A stretch of DNA of 64,000 bases from a virus (lineage: Duplodnaviria > Caudoviricetes), in the IMG/VR virus record IMGVR_UViG_3300031088_000758. One strand, given 5' to 3'. Shown piece by piece: positions 20,175 through 30,481 of this stretch. Made by a program: the position numbers and the translations under genes. Numbering within the stretch: position 1 is the first letter of the stretch; every line of letters starts with the position of its first letter. The notes below the pieces were generated by a model, which worked only from the letters and a program-made list of their open reading frames with translations, was not told the origin of the DNA and made no database searches.

Positions 20175-21368
20175 TTACGCCACTCTTCTTGCTTTTATGT
20201 CATTAAACCAAGGTTCTACTGTTTTAGTAATATACTCTTCCATATTGACACCAGAGCCAGGAACTACCTCATCATCTTTGTGTAGTCTATATTCAAAAAC
20301 TTCGTTATCATTAATTAATGCTCTTACATCTGCGTATTCAAGACCTGTTGTGTTTAAATAATACAAAGTTTGCGCTCTGTAGTTATTCGGCACACCATTT
20401 TTCCAAATATCCGAATTGCTCCCAGTTTTAATTTCTAATATTCCGTTGGGGACTCCATCTTCTCTATCTGAAATTAGACCATCAAAATTAACTTGTTGCC
20501 ACTCGCGTTCAGGGTGAGAAAATTGCCCTTCCACAGAGTACACTTTTCTTTCGGGGTGCTCTTCAGCGTAGTTCTCTCTGATTCTATCTTCCCATACAGT
20601 CCCTCTATAAAGAGCTCCTTTACGCTGTGCAAATTTAAGATCGTTTTCTTTTTTGAAATCTTCATCTGTGAATGCATTAGTCTTTGTTTTAACTATTTTA
20701 GAATACCCAGCTTTTGTGTAACCAGCTGGTTCTTCTTCGAAATGTATAGAAGCCAAAGTTCCAACATCCGATCCACCAATTGTGTTGTATCTTGCTTCAT
20801 ACCATTCTCTTGAATGAGCAGGGTGTGATTCAGAATTTACAGCAATCCCTATGTTCTTTTCGGTCCAAGAATCTACTTTTGAGTTTAAAAATCTACTATC
20901 ATTAGTTGCTTCTACTAGCTCAGCAGTTAGATTTCGATAATCGTCATAATCTCTTTTATGAGACTTAACTGTTTTAGGGTCTATGAGCTTTCTTTCTTCA
21001 ACTCTTTTAATTGCTTCATTTCTTTGTCTCGTCTTTAAAATTCTATCTTCAATTATTTTATTAACTTGCTTATAGTTAGCAGCACTTTCATTAACAAAAT
21101 CTACTATCTCACTAACACTCTTTTTCTCAAGCTCTTTAATAAATGAATTTCTCACAGAAGTCTTTTTATTTCTAGCAACTTTTGTTGTTGTCAAAGTTCC
21201 ATACTTTTCTGATAATTGATCTTGCAAAGAGTTTTCTGCTTCTTCCTTGGTTTCATAGTGTGCTACTGTATCCCCTGAGATAATAGAAAACTTACAATTC
21301 TCTGGAGTCTGTGCCGAACAGGCACCTATCTTGCCTGTATCAGGATTAATATGAAACTTAACAGCCAT
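20175..21368 (-). CDS. YqaJ/lambda-exonuclease-family protein with N-terminal HCCH module
   Basis: EWYEARYNTIGGSDV, RGTVWE, NFDG, LEIKT, YRAQTLYYL; N-terminus KFHINPDTGKIGACSAQTPENC...HY. Confidence 0.85.
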   Translation of the reverse strand: MAVKFHINPDTGKIGACSAQTPENCKFSIISGDTVAHYETKEEAENSLQDQLSEKYGTLTTTKVARNKKTSVRNSFIKELEKKSVSEIVDFVNESAANYKQVNKIIEDRILKTRQRNEAIKRVEERKLIDPKTVKSHKRDYDDYRNLTAELVEATNDSRFLNSKVDSWTEKNIGIAVNSESHPAHSREWYEARYNTIGGSDVGTLASIHFEEEPAGYTKAGYSKIVKTKTNAFTDEDFKKENDLKFAQRKGALYRGTVWEDRIRENYAEEHPERKVYSVEGQFSHPEREWQQVNFDGLISDREDGVPNGILEIKTGSNSDIWKNGVPNNYRAQTLYYLNTTGLEYADVRALINDNEVFEYRLHKDDEVVPGSGVNMEEYITKTVEPWFNDIKARRVA

Positions 21369-21468
21369 TAGATTACCAACCTTATCATGTTCTAAAATAC
21401 TTATAGTCGCTTTTCTAAAACATTTTATTGAATAAATTGATTTACTAAAAAATATTTTTGATACAATA

Positions 21469-21517
21469 AAATAGAAAATACCCCAACAAGTTTTAAATGT
21501 TGGGGTATTTTCTATTT
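21469..21517. terminator. Perfect inverted repeat, 20-bp arms
   Basis: aaatagaaaataccccaaca / tgttggggtattttctattt. Confidence 0.65.
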
Positions 21518-21524
21518 AAGAACG

Positions 21525-21737
21525 TCAAAGAATTTCAATCTCTTCCATGCTGTCATAGGCAAACCTTCGATAGTCATCCTTATCCAAGTCAATCGCAACT
21601 AAAACATTTCCAGAAATAACTTCCACTGGACGAACATGTCGCTTTGAAACTTTGTTCTTATTCAGATTTGAATATGTAAAAACCAAATCCGAATTGTTTT
21701 GAATAGCAGCTTCAACTACTTTTTGAACATTCTTCAT
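21525..21737 (-). CDS. Stand-alone WYL-domain protein
   Basis: AAIQN...FTY...RHVRP...LVAIDLDKDDYRRFAYDSM. Confidence 0.7.
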   Translation of the reverse strand: MKNVQKVVEAAIQNNSDLVFTYSNLNKNKVSKRHVRPVEVISGNVLVAIDLDKDDYRRFAYDSMEEIEIL

Positions 21738-21738
21738 A

Positions 21739-24333
21739 TCATTTCACCTTATCTTCTTCTAAAAATTCGCCTACAATTTCGTCAATTCTTTTGCCCAAAG
21801 CTTCTTTAAGGTAATCCTGCTTAGAAAGTAAAAATGCTTTTACCATTGACCTAAGTTCATGAATCTCCTTGCTATCTCCGTATCGTGAATAACCCGGATC
21901 TTTAATAGCATGAATCAATTCAAGCTTCTTAGAAAACTCGTTTTGAACTTCCACAGAGAGACTTGAAAAGACACGAGAAGGATTAACTAGCTCTGTAGTT
22001 GTAGTATACTCCATACTCAATACATTTGTCAAGACACTAGAAATTTGATCCATATTTCTAGAACCTGCAGGAACGTTGCTAGAAATATTATCCATAACTT
22101 TTAGCAATCCTTCAACAGGATTATCATTGTTATTATTTTTGATAAATGAATTAACGTATTTTTCGTAATGTGTCTGATGAACATTATTCAAATAATAAAT
22201 AGCTAAACGTTCTTCCTCTGGAATCCTTGAGATTTTATCTTGAACAATATCCCGACTAAACACTCTTCCTTCAAGCCTGCTCTGAGCAGATTTGCTACGA
22301 GCAGTGTATTTAGGCCCAAAAGCATACAACGTATTATCCGTCACATAGTCAAAGAAATCTTTTTTAGGATCCGCAACAACAACAATGGACCTGCCAAACA
22401 AAGAATCGCCTTCTTCATGGTATACACCATTAATAATAGAGGGAATTTCGTATAAGGCCCTTCCCTGAACAGGAATGAACAAAGCATTCTGCTCAACATA
22501 TTCATCTACTTCTATGGCTGAATATGTATTAGCATAGCCACCATCAAGAGAATAAAGCTCATCTAAACTATTTACTGCTTCTATCACTTTTCCAGCAACA
22601 GTGAACGACTCAGATCCACTCTCACTTAGTGAATTTTCGGCAATCTTTGATTTCCTGACTTCTTTAACATGATCACTGAAAGTTTCAAAATCATAAAACT
22701 TAACAGTATTCAAATCAGTAAGTCTAAAATCAATAACCTTTTGTAAATCACTGCTTATAGTATCCTTAACGAAAATAATAGATGAAACCGAGTCTAAATT
22801 GTTTCTATTCCTCATAGCACTAGACACTTTTTTATCATTATCTACGCCGCTAATCACAACTACATTGCTGAGACGATACTTCATGAGATCTTTCTTAAGC
22901 TTTTCAATACTTGACAAGAAATGAATACTCTCCGAAGAAGAATTGTGTAACTGTTTCTCTAATTTCTCATTAGCAGATGAAATTTTTAGATTTGAATGAA
23001 CAGTGAGTTTGTCATTAGCTTTTGAATCCTCATTAAGACCTAACAAGTCGAACTTTTTGCGATCATAAGTCAAAGGAAGCACAGCTCCTAAAAGAATGCC
23101 TTCTGATTTGAAGCTGACATTTTCCATGAAAGGATTATAGCTATTTTCTGTATTTAAATCTTTCAAATCTACTGAATAACTAAACTCTTGAAAACGGTTG
23201 TTAGGGAACTCAAAAGACACCTTATTATCAACCAAGTTGTAGTTAATTTTCTCGCTGAATTCATATGCTTCATAATTATTGGTTAAAGTTTTATAATACT
23301 GAACAAGATTTTTGAACATGTAATCACTCTTGAACAGTTGACCTTTAACAAGAGAGTCAAAATTCTCTAATCTATCATCTTTCATGATCTGATCACGTGA
23401 AGAGGAAAACTCAACAATACCTGGTTTTAGCTCTACAATCAAATCATGTTCTTCAGATCCATATGAATTATAAGAATTGAAACCTTTAGGGTCATTATAC
23501 AAAAACCCAGAAAGCACATATCCTACTTTTAGTTCAGCTTTTTGATAATCATAACTACTGATAGCTTTCAAAACATTGGAAAGATTTTTCTTATTGAACC
23601 ACACTTGTCCCATGATATTGAACTCTTGTTCAATAAGAATTTCATCAAAACTGACAAAATCATCATTATGCGAATATTCTACTTCATCAATAATGATTGG
23701 CTCATCCATGGTAAAAGCGTATGCTTTGTACATGTCAATAGTTTCTTTGAACCTATCAAAATCATATTGAGTGTTGCGCACAGGAACTTTCACTAATGTC
23801 CCTGGCTGTTTGTTAGTCAGTTCTACATTCAAAATATTAGTCTCAGGTCCAGTGTCAAGACGCGAAATAACGTTTTCTGAGGTTTCACCATCACGTGTAC
23901 TTGTGAAGTAGAATTCGTTGCAATAAGCCAGAGGAGCTTTAAAACCAAGTCCATAAGCACCAACTTGATTAAAAGAGGTTTCTTTAGTAGAAGCACCATA
24001 TTCAGCAACAACTTCTTTAATGATCTTCTTAGACATTCCCATCCCATTATCCTCAACAGAGAACACAGGGTCAAAAGCATTAGGAGTGCTAATTTTAACA
24101 GGCTGAGGGTTTTTACCATTAGCCCGCGCTTCAGCAGTAGTATCCAAAGCGTTTGAAACAATTTCCCTCACAGTTGCTTGGATAGGATCATTATAAAGAT
24201 CTGTCAGACGATCCATAATTTTGCCAACAGCTGAAGCATTCAAGCTCATTACGATTCGCTCACTTTTGCTAACATCAGGGAACAAGTCTACAACATTAGA
24301 CTTACCTTTATTTCCACCTTTTGAAAGAGCCAT
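21739..24333 (-). CDS. GHKL ATPase protein, phage rIIA-like
   Basis: LYNDPIQATVREIVSNALD, VEDNGMGMS, YGASTK, GAYGLGFKAPLAY, GTLVKVPV. Confidence 0.75.
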   Translation of the reverse strand: MALSKGGNKGKSNVVDLFPDVSKSERIVMSLNASAVGKIMDRLTDLYNDPIQATVREIVSNALDTTAEARANGKNPQPVKISTPNAFDPVFSVEDNGMGMSKKIIKEVVAEYGASTKETSFNQVGAYGLGFKAPLAYCNEFYFTSTRDGETSENVISRLDTGPETNILNVELTNKQPGTLVKVPVRNTQYDFDRFKETIDMYKAYAFTMDEPIIIDEVEYSHNDDFVSFDEILIEQEFNIMGQVWFNKKNLSNVLKAISSYDYQKAELKVGYVLSGFLYNDPKGFNSYNSYGSEEHDLIVELKPGIVEFSSSRDQIMKDDRLENFDSLVKGQLFKSDYMFKNLVQYYKTLTNNYEAYEFSEKINYNLVDNKVSFEFPNNRFQEFSYSVDLKDLNTENSYNPFMENVSFKSEGILLGAVLPLTYDRKKFDLLGLNEDSKANDKLTVHSNLKISSANEKLEKQLHNSSSESIHFLSSIEKLKKDLMKYRLSNVVVISGVDNDKKVSSAMRNRNNLDSVSSIIFVKDTISSDLQKVIDFRLTDLNTVKFYDFETFSDHVKEVRKSKIAENSLSESGSESFTVAGKVIEAVNSLDELYSLDGGYANTYSAIEVDEYVEQNALFIPVQGRALYEIPSIINGVYHEEGDSLFGRSIVVVADPKKDFFDYVTDNTLYAFGPKYTARSKSAQSRLEGRVFSRDIVQDKISRIPEEERLAIYYLNNVHQTHYEKYVNSFIKNNNNDNPVEGLLKVMDNISSNVPAGSRNMDQISSVLTNVLSMEYTTTTELVNPSRVFSSLSVEVQNEFSKKLELIHAIKDPGYSRYGDSKEIHELRSMVKAFLLSKQDYLKEALGKRIDEIVGEFLEEDKVK

Positions 24334-24375
24334 ACTACTAACCTCACTTAACTATACTGAAATGTTCTAAAATAC

Positions 24376-24405
24376 AGTATAACATGAGATTATAATCAAA
24401 GTCAA
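24376..24405 (-). promoter_or_regulatory. Sigma70/SigA-type promoter for the rIIA-like gene
   Basis: TTGACT-N18-TATACT with TG extension on the minus strand. Confidence 0.55.
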
Positions 24406-24431
24406 GCCTTTAATCCAATAATACGAAGTGT

Positions 24432-26513
24432 TTAAGAAGAATTATTCAACACCCATTCAGAATTAAAGCTCTCTTCGTTATCAACCGAATCGTTATCCTC
24501 AATTAAATCAAAAAGCATATCAAAACCGTCCTCTTTAAGGGAATTTTGGTTCTTTTTGTATGTAGGCTCAACAATCTCTCCAGTTAAAGTGTTGATTTCA
24601 GAACCATCTTCTTCATAAATATAAGTAGGTTCATCTTTGTCAAAATTCGAGTCAGTGTGAGTAGAAGAATCAGTTGATTCCTTGTTTTTATTGTAACCTA
24701 AAGCTTCCCTTTCAGAGACAAGATATCTTTCAGCAGCACCAGCTCTATAATCTTCTAAAACAAGACTTTCGGGAAGATTATTTGAAATAGTGTCCAACCA
24801 GGAAGTAAAATCAGATAATGGTTCTACTCTTTGATTAGTAAACACAGTCTCGAATTGTTTTTTCACAAAGTTAAAGTATATAGGATGAGGGTAATCGTAA
24901 TATTCTTCACTGTTGTACTTTCCCCAAGCTAATCTCAATGCTTTGCTTAAGAATGTATGAGAATATTTTTCAGGAACAGAATAGGTTGCCGCTAAACCTG
25001 TCCTCTGTTTCTGCTCAATACGAATAACCTCATTTTCTCTGAGTATTCTCATTGCTTGACTCACACGGGAACTACTGATGCCTAATCTTTCAGAGATGTC
25101 AGAATGAGCAAGTAGAATTCTAATGGCACCAACATTTGACAAAGGCTGAATATAGTAATTAACAATGTTCATCGCATCTTTATACTGTTGAGACAGCTTT
25201 TTCTTCCTGGACTCCTTGATAAGATCTTCACTAATTTTTGAAATATCCAATACTCTTGGTTTGGCGAATTTTGAGTTATTAGCTCTTTGTATTTTCTTTT
25301 TCTCTGCTAGCTTTTTTTTGTTGTATTCACGATAGTCCTCAGAAGTGAAAGAAGACTTCTGAAATTCTTCTTTTCCGTTAGCAAGTTTCTGTTGCTTTAA
25401 GTCTTTGAGCCTCTTTTTACCTTCGTAGCAGTAGTTATTGTGATATCTTTTCAATAATTTAAAATGATTTATATCGTTGATTAAATGACGAAAACCTAAT
25501 GATTCTTTTCGGTAAGAATCTTTATCTACACCTAATTCAATACAAGCCATAGCAATAGAGTAATTATCATAACAGCAGTGGAGAGAAGCCTTGATAACAG
25601 CCCTAGCTTGATGGAAAGTATCTATGTCTTTATTAGCTAGATTCTTTCTTAAGGAATTTATAATGTCAGGAGATGGAATAGCATGAATAAGATCAACAGT
25701 TTCATTTTCTCCAACTGTCATTTCATTCAGTATTTCTTTTTCAACAAAAGAAGAATCATATGAGAGGGGTTTTTTCACAGTGTTGATAGCATCTTTAACG
25801 TCGATTTTGTTGGAAGTTTTATTTGTTGATGAATTACGAGAGTCAGACTTAGATTGCTTGTAGAAAGAAACTATACGGTTTAGGTTCTCCATAGAAGAGT
25901 TATCCACTGTAAGTATTTCGTATGATGGATTCTTGAAGCCAAAGGATTCATTAGCAAGGAAATATCTTTTATATTGTGTTTTCTGTTCAGGATTAACAAA
26001 ATTTCCTGGGCCTACAACATATCCATTTGAAAAACCACTTCGTATGTCAGCATCTACTCGGACATCATATCCAGAAGTGTATGTAAAAGCATCGTTATAA
26101 GAGCGTAGAGAGCCTTTGGGTATTAGTTCAGCAATTTGTTCATTGCTGTATTCTGAGGGGAATTTAAGGTAAATATGGACACCACCAGAAGGAGTAATGA
26201 CAGCCAAAGATTCTCTCAGGTTAACCTTAAAAAAATCACTGAAGAAATCGATCTGCTGGTCCAGATCCCAATAACCTTCACGATGTTGATCAAGATCAAG
26301 TATGAACAGTTTATCTTGCGGAATGACTCCATAGCTGTGATCTTTTGGAATTCTTACATATCTGTTTCTCTTGCCAGGCTTGAAGCTTCCTTTGGGGGTT
26401 TTGCTGTTTAGTTTTAGTTTAGCATACTGTGCGCTTTTCCCTAGTGCTTTTTGAAATTTCTTCAGTATCTCTTGCTCAGGAGTGAGGTCAGTGGATGAGT
26501 AGTTCGAAGGCAC
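24432..26513 (-). CDS. Bifunctional primase-polymerase (Prim-Pol) with C-terminal HTH; candidate replication initiator
   Basis: YGV...FILDLD, ITPSGGVHIY, DIR...GYVVGPG; HTH ISERLGISSSRVSQAMRIL; GTG start with GAAAGGGG RBS. Confidence 0.7.
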   Translation of the reverse strand: MPSNYSSTDLTPEQEILKKFQKALGKSAQYAKLKLNSKTPKGSFKPGKRNRYVRIPKDHSYGVIPQDKLFILDLDQHREGYWDLDQQIDFFSDFFKVNLRESLAVITPSGGVHIYLKFPSEYSNEQIAELIPKGSLRSYNDAFTYTSGYDVRVDADIRSGFSNGYVVGPGNFVNPEQKTQYKRYFLANESFGFKNPSYEILTVDNSSMENLNRIVSFYKQSKSDSRNSSTNKTSNKIDVKDAINTVKKPLSYDSSFVEKEILNEMTVGENETVDLIHAIPSPDIINSLRKNLANKDIDTFHQARAVIKASLHCCYDNYSIAMACIELGVDKDSYRKESLGFRHLINDINHFKLLKRYHNNYCYEGKKRLKDLKQQKLANGKEEFQKSSFTSEDYREYNKKKLAEKKKIQRANNSKFAKPRVLDISKISEDLIKESRKKKLSQQYKDAMNIVNYYIQPLSNVGAIRILLAHSDISERLGISSSRVSQAMRILRENEVIRIEQKQRTGLAATYSVPEKYSHTFLSKALRLAWGKYNSEEYYDYPHPIYFNFVKKQFETVFTNQRVEPLSDFTSWLDTISNNLPESLVLEDYRAGAAERYLVSEREALGYNKNKESTDSSTHTDSNFDKDEPTYIYEEDGSEINTLTGEIVEPTYKKNQNSLKEDGFDMLFDLIEDNDSVDNEESFNSEWVLNNSS

Positions 26514-26763
26514 TGTATCCCCCTTTCTGAGTAGTAGCTGATTAGTAGGTTCGAGAGCTTAGTTTATCAATAATTTTTTACATATTAAGTTAGATCACAG
26601 CTTGTGATGAGGACTAGGTTCAAGCCGTCTTGATTCAATATCTTTTCTAAAATGTAAAAAGCTTACCCGACAAGCTTATTTACATACCATGTAAGATTCA
26701 AACCAGACTTTTAGGGCAAAACGGACATTAACCAGTCCATAGCAAGGTGGCTGAGTGTTTAAT

Positions 26764-27594
26764 TTAGTCTTTTGTTAGAGGGGTTTTTTCGACGTAGACA
26801 GTATAAGGTTGAGGGATACTACTTATCAGTTCTCCCTCAACCGGGATGTCTAAAGCTGTTATCTCTTCGTTATCTTTTATAAAATGTGAACCGTAAGTTC
26901 TATACAAAATTTTTTCAGCATAATGGTAAGGCGAGAATTCAGCATTTATAAAGCTTCGGCCTATCTTACTGTTAAGTGTATTGCCACTGTGAATTTGAGA
27001 AAAGGGGAGAGGATGCGGAGCGGTCAACCATGATGGGTAAGTTTCTAGAACAGGATCAGCCCAGATAGGGTTCGCTGAGTAATTTGGTGCCCCTCCTAGC
27101 AAGACAGAAGAGCCTTGGTGAAGAGTTCCAGCATATTTCTCATTAAGCCTTTCAGAGGCCGTTTGAGCGGTTTCAGGAGAGCCTATGGACAACCATTCTC
27201 CATAAGTAAGTCCACCATGTGTCAGTAATCTTCCATTATGAACTTCTGAGGTAAGCATAGTTGGGGTACTACTGAGCCAACTATTCCTGAGCACCTGTCT
27301 GCTTCGCTTGTTTGTCCATTCTTCAGGTAAGTTCAGTGCTGCAATTTCATTTGGGCCTGCTAATTGAATCCAATTTTCTTCAGTAGCACGATACAGTAAA
27401 AGGTATTTCAGTACACTTTCATTAGCTCCAAAGTCTTTCTTGTCCTTGACAAAATCATTACAACCTATGACATTCCCGAATTGAATAATCTTGTCAGCAT
27501 AATTACAGTATTGGGCGAGTTCGTTTTTCCATAATTTGTATTGACCATGTATGCCTGTTAAAAAAACTGTTTTAAAAAAGTTCTGTCGTGCCAT
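26764..27594 (-). CDS. Degenerate calcineurin-like metallophosphoesterase
   Basis: TGIHG, FGNVIG, GPNE, THGG in place of DxHG, GDxxD, GNHE, xHAG; similar to 39727-40590 (WIQ.., PIWA). Confidence 0.6.
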   Translation of the reverse strand: MARQNFFKTVFLTGIHGQYKLWKNELAQYCNYADKIIQFGNVIGCNDFVKDKKDFGANESVLKYLLLYRATEENWIQLAGPNEIAALNLPEEWTNKRSRQVLRNSWLSSTPTMLTSEVHNGRLLTHGGLTYGEWLSIGSPETAQTASERLNEKYAGTLHQGSSVLLGGAPNYSANPIWADPVLETYPSWLTAPHPLPFSQIHSGNTLNSKIGRSFINAEFSPYHYAEKILYRTYGSHFIKDNEEITALDIPVEGELISSIPQPYTVYVEKTPLTKD

Positions 27595-27640
27595 AAAAAA
27601 TCTTCTTTCTCAACTTTTGTTATAAGCAAATGCGTTGAGT

Positions 27641-28849
27641 TCAGCTGAAGATATTAAGTATGTCTTTTATCGTACCTGAGTTATTCTTTCCGTAAAGGCT
27701 TGTTTTGGACCTTCTTTGGATAAGTTCAGCTTCTTCTTTTGCATCGCGGATTTCTTTTTTCTTGATGAAGTTTGTTACTGCTAGATCAATATCTGTTATG
27801 AGATCAGATGCGTAGCTTGCTTTTTTATGGGCAGTTTTGTCATCATTAGTTCTCATGTAGTTTTTGATATATGAATTTAAGTATCCATAAGCTTCATCTG
27901 CTGAATTTACTGGCTGGTGATGAAACTCGTTATTCACGCGAGTTTCGATATACCATTGTCCTTGATTGTATCGAACACCCCAAGAATTACGAGATTGATT
28001 CGTTTCATTATCGTATACTCTTACATCAATTTCTGGTGTCAAAGCTTGGTAGTATCCATTTTCGTTAAGGAATTGTTCAAAAATTTTGCCTCTAAAAGCA
28101 GAGTGTTGGTAATCAGCATTTACGATCAAAGAAGTAGGGTCGCTTTTAGCAAAGGTTCCATACCCATCTGTTCTAGCCCACAGTTTTTGAGGGCCTTCGG
28201 TTTCTTCTTCCACCATGAAGTAAGCATCAATTAACTGTCGTTTTAAGAATTTAGTTTGTCGCTCGATATCTTCTGAGTTTGTGTTTACAGTAGAATTAGA
28301 TATGACGGACTCACGAATGATATCTTCTGCACGAACAATTTCTCTTTCAAAATCATTGTGTAAATCTAAGTCATGTTTAACGGTTTTTCTAGCATAATTG
28401 TTGTTTGGTAGCTCTGTTTCTAGGAACCATTTGCTAGTAATTACTCCGTCATCGTAATCGGGAACGGGAATCCTTTTGATGAAGATTTTATGAGATGAGT
28501 CATTGTAATACATATTGTTCTGTTTTAACTGAGAATGTAAAGAATAAAATTCAGGTTCTTTTCCTGTTGAATAAAATTCATGATCTACTTTATCAGCAAA
28601 GTCTCTCATAGTTTCTTTTTGATTGATTCCGCTAAAATCGGTGAGAGCAACCATCCTTTTTGTGTCTGGATTAGAGAAAGCTTTCTTAACGTTTTCTCTA
28701 GCAGTTTCAAGGTCAGTTGCGGCTTTTTGCAAGAATAAAGCTGCACTGGCAGCTTCTACGGTACTGTAATCAGTTCTAGGGCAGCCTCTTAACTTGGCAC
28801 GACATTCAACAATGTCTCCATTAACGTCAATATGGTATTTCTTTGCCAT
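27641..28849 (-). CDS. Hypothetical protein with N-terminal HCC module variant
   Basis: KKYHIDVNGDIVECRAKLRGCP; GGAG RBS. Confidence 0.7.
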   Translation of the reverse strand: MAKKYHIDVNGDIVECRAKLRGCPRTDYSTVEAASAALFLQKAATDLETARENVKKAFSNPDTKRMVALTDFSGINQKETMRDFADKVDHEFYSTGKEPEFYSLHSQLKQNNMYYNDSSHKIFIKRIPVPDYDDGVITSKWFLETELPNNNYARKTVKHDLDLHNDFEREIVRAEDIIRESVISNSTVNTNSEDIERQTKFLKRQLIDAYFMVEEETEGPQKLWARTDGYGTFAKSDPTSLIVNADYQHSAFRGKIFEQFLNENGYYQALTPEIDVRVYDNETNQSRNSWGVRYNQGQWYIETRVNNEFHHQPVNSADEAYGYLNSYIKNYMRTNDDKTAHKKASYASDLITDIDLAVTNFIKKKEIRDAKEEAELIQRRSKTSLYGKNNSGTIKDILNIFS

Positions 28850-29422
28850 AACTAATACTCCTAAATCCTTACCGATTACCTAATCTTTTTCTAAAAGATT
28901 TTGTTTAGTATTTCTTTTTGTAATCTCATAATTCTATATATCTTTTAGATTAACAAAATTTTATTAAAAAATCAAGTTTTTAAGGTAATTTTCTCGAATC
29001 CTCTTAAATATAATATCCATATTTCAAAGTTAAAAGAGTATTTTTAGAATACCAATTACAATTTGTTTAGTAAAATATAGGCACACGATTATGCAGGAAA
29101 GTATCGTCAAAATAGTTGACTACAAACCTAAAATAGCAGTTTAAAAGCATGTATGGTTTTTATTTAGGTTCTTAAAATGTGCGTTAAATTCTATGTAATT
29201 TTAATAAAAATATTTGTCAGTATTATTTTGAGTGTTCTATGGTAAGTGAAAGCCAAAAGAAGTCGTGTTTCTGCGATTTTTTTAGAAAATGATGTAAAAA
29301 TTACTAGAAACCTGAGTTTTTGCTGAGAAAAAATGTTGTGTAAAGTTTGAAACTTTGTCAAGTGCTTATTGAGTGTATGCAAATATGATAAATATTGATT
29401 CTTGTTTTTGATTAGTAATCAC

Positions 29423-29480
29423 ATGAAATGAGAACACCCCAGAAGCTTTGTATTTTCATTCTGGGGTGTTCTCATTTCAT
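29423..29480. terminator. Perfect inverted repeat, 22-bp arms
   Basis: atgaaatgagaacaccccagaa / ttctggggtgttctcatttcat. Confidence 0.65.
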
Positions 29481-29486
29481 ATATTC

Positions 29487-29852
29487 TTATAGTTTTTCGT
29501 TCAATATTTTATGTTGTATGGACCACTGAGTTCCGTTAATAAATATTACAGAAAAAAGCTTTCTGAAAGGAGTGTGAAAAGAATCTTCTATAATTTCTTC
29601 ACTACTTTCGGAGAATACTAGATTGCTATGAATGTTCATCAATTCTATTTCGACCTCTAATGTAGTAGTTTCTTCGTCTACTTCTAGTCCATACCTAACA
29701 CCTTCAAGAAAATAGTTCCTGATTTGTTCAGCCACATCAAAAGTAGTCAAAGAATTCATATGATTAACTAAATTAGATAATTCTAAACTTTCTAAATTTG
29801 TGTCAATTTCAAGTCGTGCGATAAGTTCTACTTCTTCAAAGCTAAGGCTCAT
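29487..29852 (-). CDS. Hypothetical acidic protein
   Basis: Probable start ATG 29852 (MSLSFEE) with GGAG RBS. Confidence 0.55.
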   Translation of the reverse strand: MSLSFEEVELIARLEIDTNLESLELSNLVNHMNSLTTFDVAEQIRNYFLEGVRYGLEVDEETTTLEVEIELMNIHSNLVFSESSEEIIEDSFHTPFRKLFSVIFINGTQWSIQHKILNEKL

Positions 29853-29886
29853 ATACACTCCGTTTCTTCGTTGTTGCTGATTATTA

Positions 29887-30390
29887 TCAATCACCAGTAG
29901 TGTCATTCCATTCAGCTCTTCGTGCTTCTTGCTTAGTTGGAAGTACCATAAATACTAATAATATTAGCCCTCCGATAGAAGGAATGAATGACAAGAAATA
30001 AAAAGCACCAGAGAATCCAGCATCATGCAATCTTCTCCAGCATATTGCTAATGATGGAACTATCATGGCTAGCCACAGCAAGAAGAATACTATAAAACCA
30101 GCTACCATGAGGAAACTCCCTAGTGGGGATCCAGAATATTCGTAAGTTCCATAGCTGGTTTCTTCCATTGGGGACATTACAGCCCCAGCAATGACAAGTA
30201 TGCTTGGAATTATAGACAACAGAAAAGTGAATAATGTTGCCCACCAGTATTCACTTCTAGATGCATAACCACTAAATCTTGCATATTTTTTAAAAAACCT
30301 TTTAACAGATTGACTAAATGATGCTCCGTATAATGGTTCGCTAAGTGGCGGAGAAATTCTGGAATTTTGTTCATTATTTATAGCGTTCAT
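29887..30390 (-). CDS. DUF805 inner membrane protein
   Basis: PLYGASF...KKYARFSGYASRSEYWW...RRLHDAG; probable start ATG 30390 with GGGAG RBS. Confidence 0.85.
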   Translation of the reverse strand: MNAINNEQNSRISPPLSEPLYGASFSQSVKRFFKKYARFSGYASRSEYWWATLFTFLLSIIPSILVIAGAVMSPMEETSYGTYEYSGSPLGSFLMVAGFIVFFLLWLAMIVPSLAICWRRLHDAGFSGAFYFLSFIPSIGGLILLVFMVLPTKQEARRAEWNDTTGD

Positions 30391-30410
30391 TATTATCACT
30401 CCCGTATATA

Positions 30411-30454
30411 ATATTATGACAACGCTGATTTTTTAGATAGCGTTGTCATAATAT
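30411..30454. terminator. Perfect inverted repeat, 16-bp arms
   Basis: atattatgacaacgct / agcgttgtcataatat. Confidence 0.55.
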
Positions 30455-30481
30455 ATCAAGAATAGGCTTTGTAGAATACAA

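Noticed and set aside
26540-26630. tRNA genes suggested by GGTTCGA/GGTTCAA
   Set aside because: No T-stem, acceptor stem or cloverleaf could be formed.
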